This document shows positions 63,001 to 64,000 of a stretch of DNA of 64,000 nucleotides, in pieces. The position numbers and the translations under genes were made by a program. The stretch spans positions 18,621,159 to 18,685,158 of the forward strand of contig NC_057719.1 of assembly GCF_004010195.1 (NCBI RefSeq), in the 5' to 3' direction. Positions within the stretch are counted from its first letter, which is position 1. Every line of letters begins with the position of its first letter. The DNA is from Chiloscyllium plagiosum. Its lineage: Eukaryota. Below the pieces are notes generated by a model. The model made no database searches, was not told the origin of the DNA, and saw only the letters and a program-made list of their open reading frames with translations.

Positions 63001-64000
63001 AGATTATTCCACTCTAGTAACTATTTAAAGACATATGGTACCTAGGCCGAGAAGGTTAAAGATAGCTTCTTAATTAATATTCAAAGAGTTGGATGTTCAT
63101 AGAAGAATCTGGGGACATTTGAATTTCTGTCAGAATCATTAGAAACCTTTGAAATTGTACTAATTATTATAGCAGTTTTGAAAATGTGAAAATATCAACA
63201 ATTCTTACTTTGAACAGTAATTAGGAGTCTGTATCTAACTCTCACAACATGTAATAGCTAATTTTTTTGACCTTTATTCTCAGATACCAGTTTGTTTATT
63301 ATTCAGAATCATTCAGACGCACAGGAAGGGTCTGTTTTGCAAAAACCACCTACAGGCAATCTATCTGTTCTGCTTTTAGAATCACGTTCATCTTGGATTA
63401 AAACCTTATTTGTATTTTAAGTGAGTTTTGTACTAATTAAGGTGAAGGATGTCATTGCAGAATACTTTTTGCATTTCCCCCACAACTTCAACCGTAACCG
63501 AATGTGGAACAGTTCATGTTTGATCTAAATGGACTGAAGTGATTGAGTTGGCAAGAAAGAATTGAGTGAGTTTTTTCTATTTGTTGGGTTTTTAGATTGT
63601 AAGAATTCAGAAAAAGTAAACACACCCTTTGTAAATTTGTAGCACCCCAGGTACAAATACTAAAGTGATTCGTATTTGAACCTGTCAGAGTAAGTTGACA
63701 GGTGTAAATGTCATGACCCTTCTACATCTGTCTCAGTTAATGTTCAAGAATCTTAGGACCTCTAATTGAAATAGGATTTCCCGTCATGCTTAATTCCAAA
63801 ATGTTATTCTTTCAGATCTGTCTTTCGCTCTTGTTTTATGCTCTGTTTCTGTAAAGTACTTGTGTTATCAAATGGCATTTTTGTTATAAGAGGAAGCAAC
63901 CCCACAGAATAGTGTCTATTATGAGATATTTTACATTATGAACACGTAATGCTGGGGAGCGTGTAAACAGAAATCTCTTTGATACTCTGTAGTGATAAAA

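Noticed and set aside
1..64000. ORF-track entries as host protein-coding genes
   Set aside because: All are short. The recognisable ones are frameshifted CR1, LINE-B or PLE fragments or their antisense frames, and I found no coherent exon chain.

Overview
Repeat-dense, AT-rich vertebrate non-coding DNA. The repeat repertoire (HE1-type SINEs, CR1/HER1-type LINEs, Deu-domain SINEs) points to a cartilaginous fish, probably a shark (inference). I can support no intact host protein-coding exon; the ORFs with recognisable peptides are decayed retroelement pieces. Contents: many 5'-truncated CR1 LINEs, a second CR1/Jockey-superclade LINE family with a partner tRNA-SINE, L2 and Rex1 remnants, a probable solo LTR, a Harbinger-type Myb/SANT fossil, and nested Penelope-like elements (PLEs). 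The most notable system is a set of small PLE-derived elements carrying minimal hammerhead ribozymes (CUGANGA-N-stem II-GAAA-CGUH). Six are 200-410 bp fold-back insertions with 10-18 bp target-site duplications (TSDs) and an unpaired ~31-50 nt tail, including a near-perfect 182-bp-arm palindrome at 52056-52463. One is a 375-nt-unit, retrozyme-like mini-element (50736-51169) whose 5' end lies about 4 nt from the predicted self-cleavage site. Coordinates of old repeats are approximate; TSD and ribozyme coordinates were read base by base.
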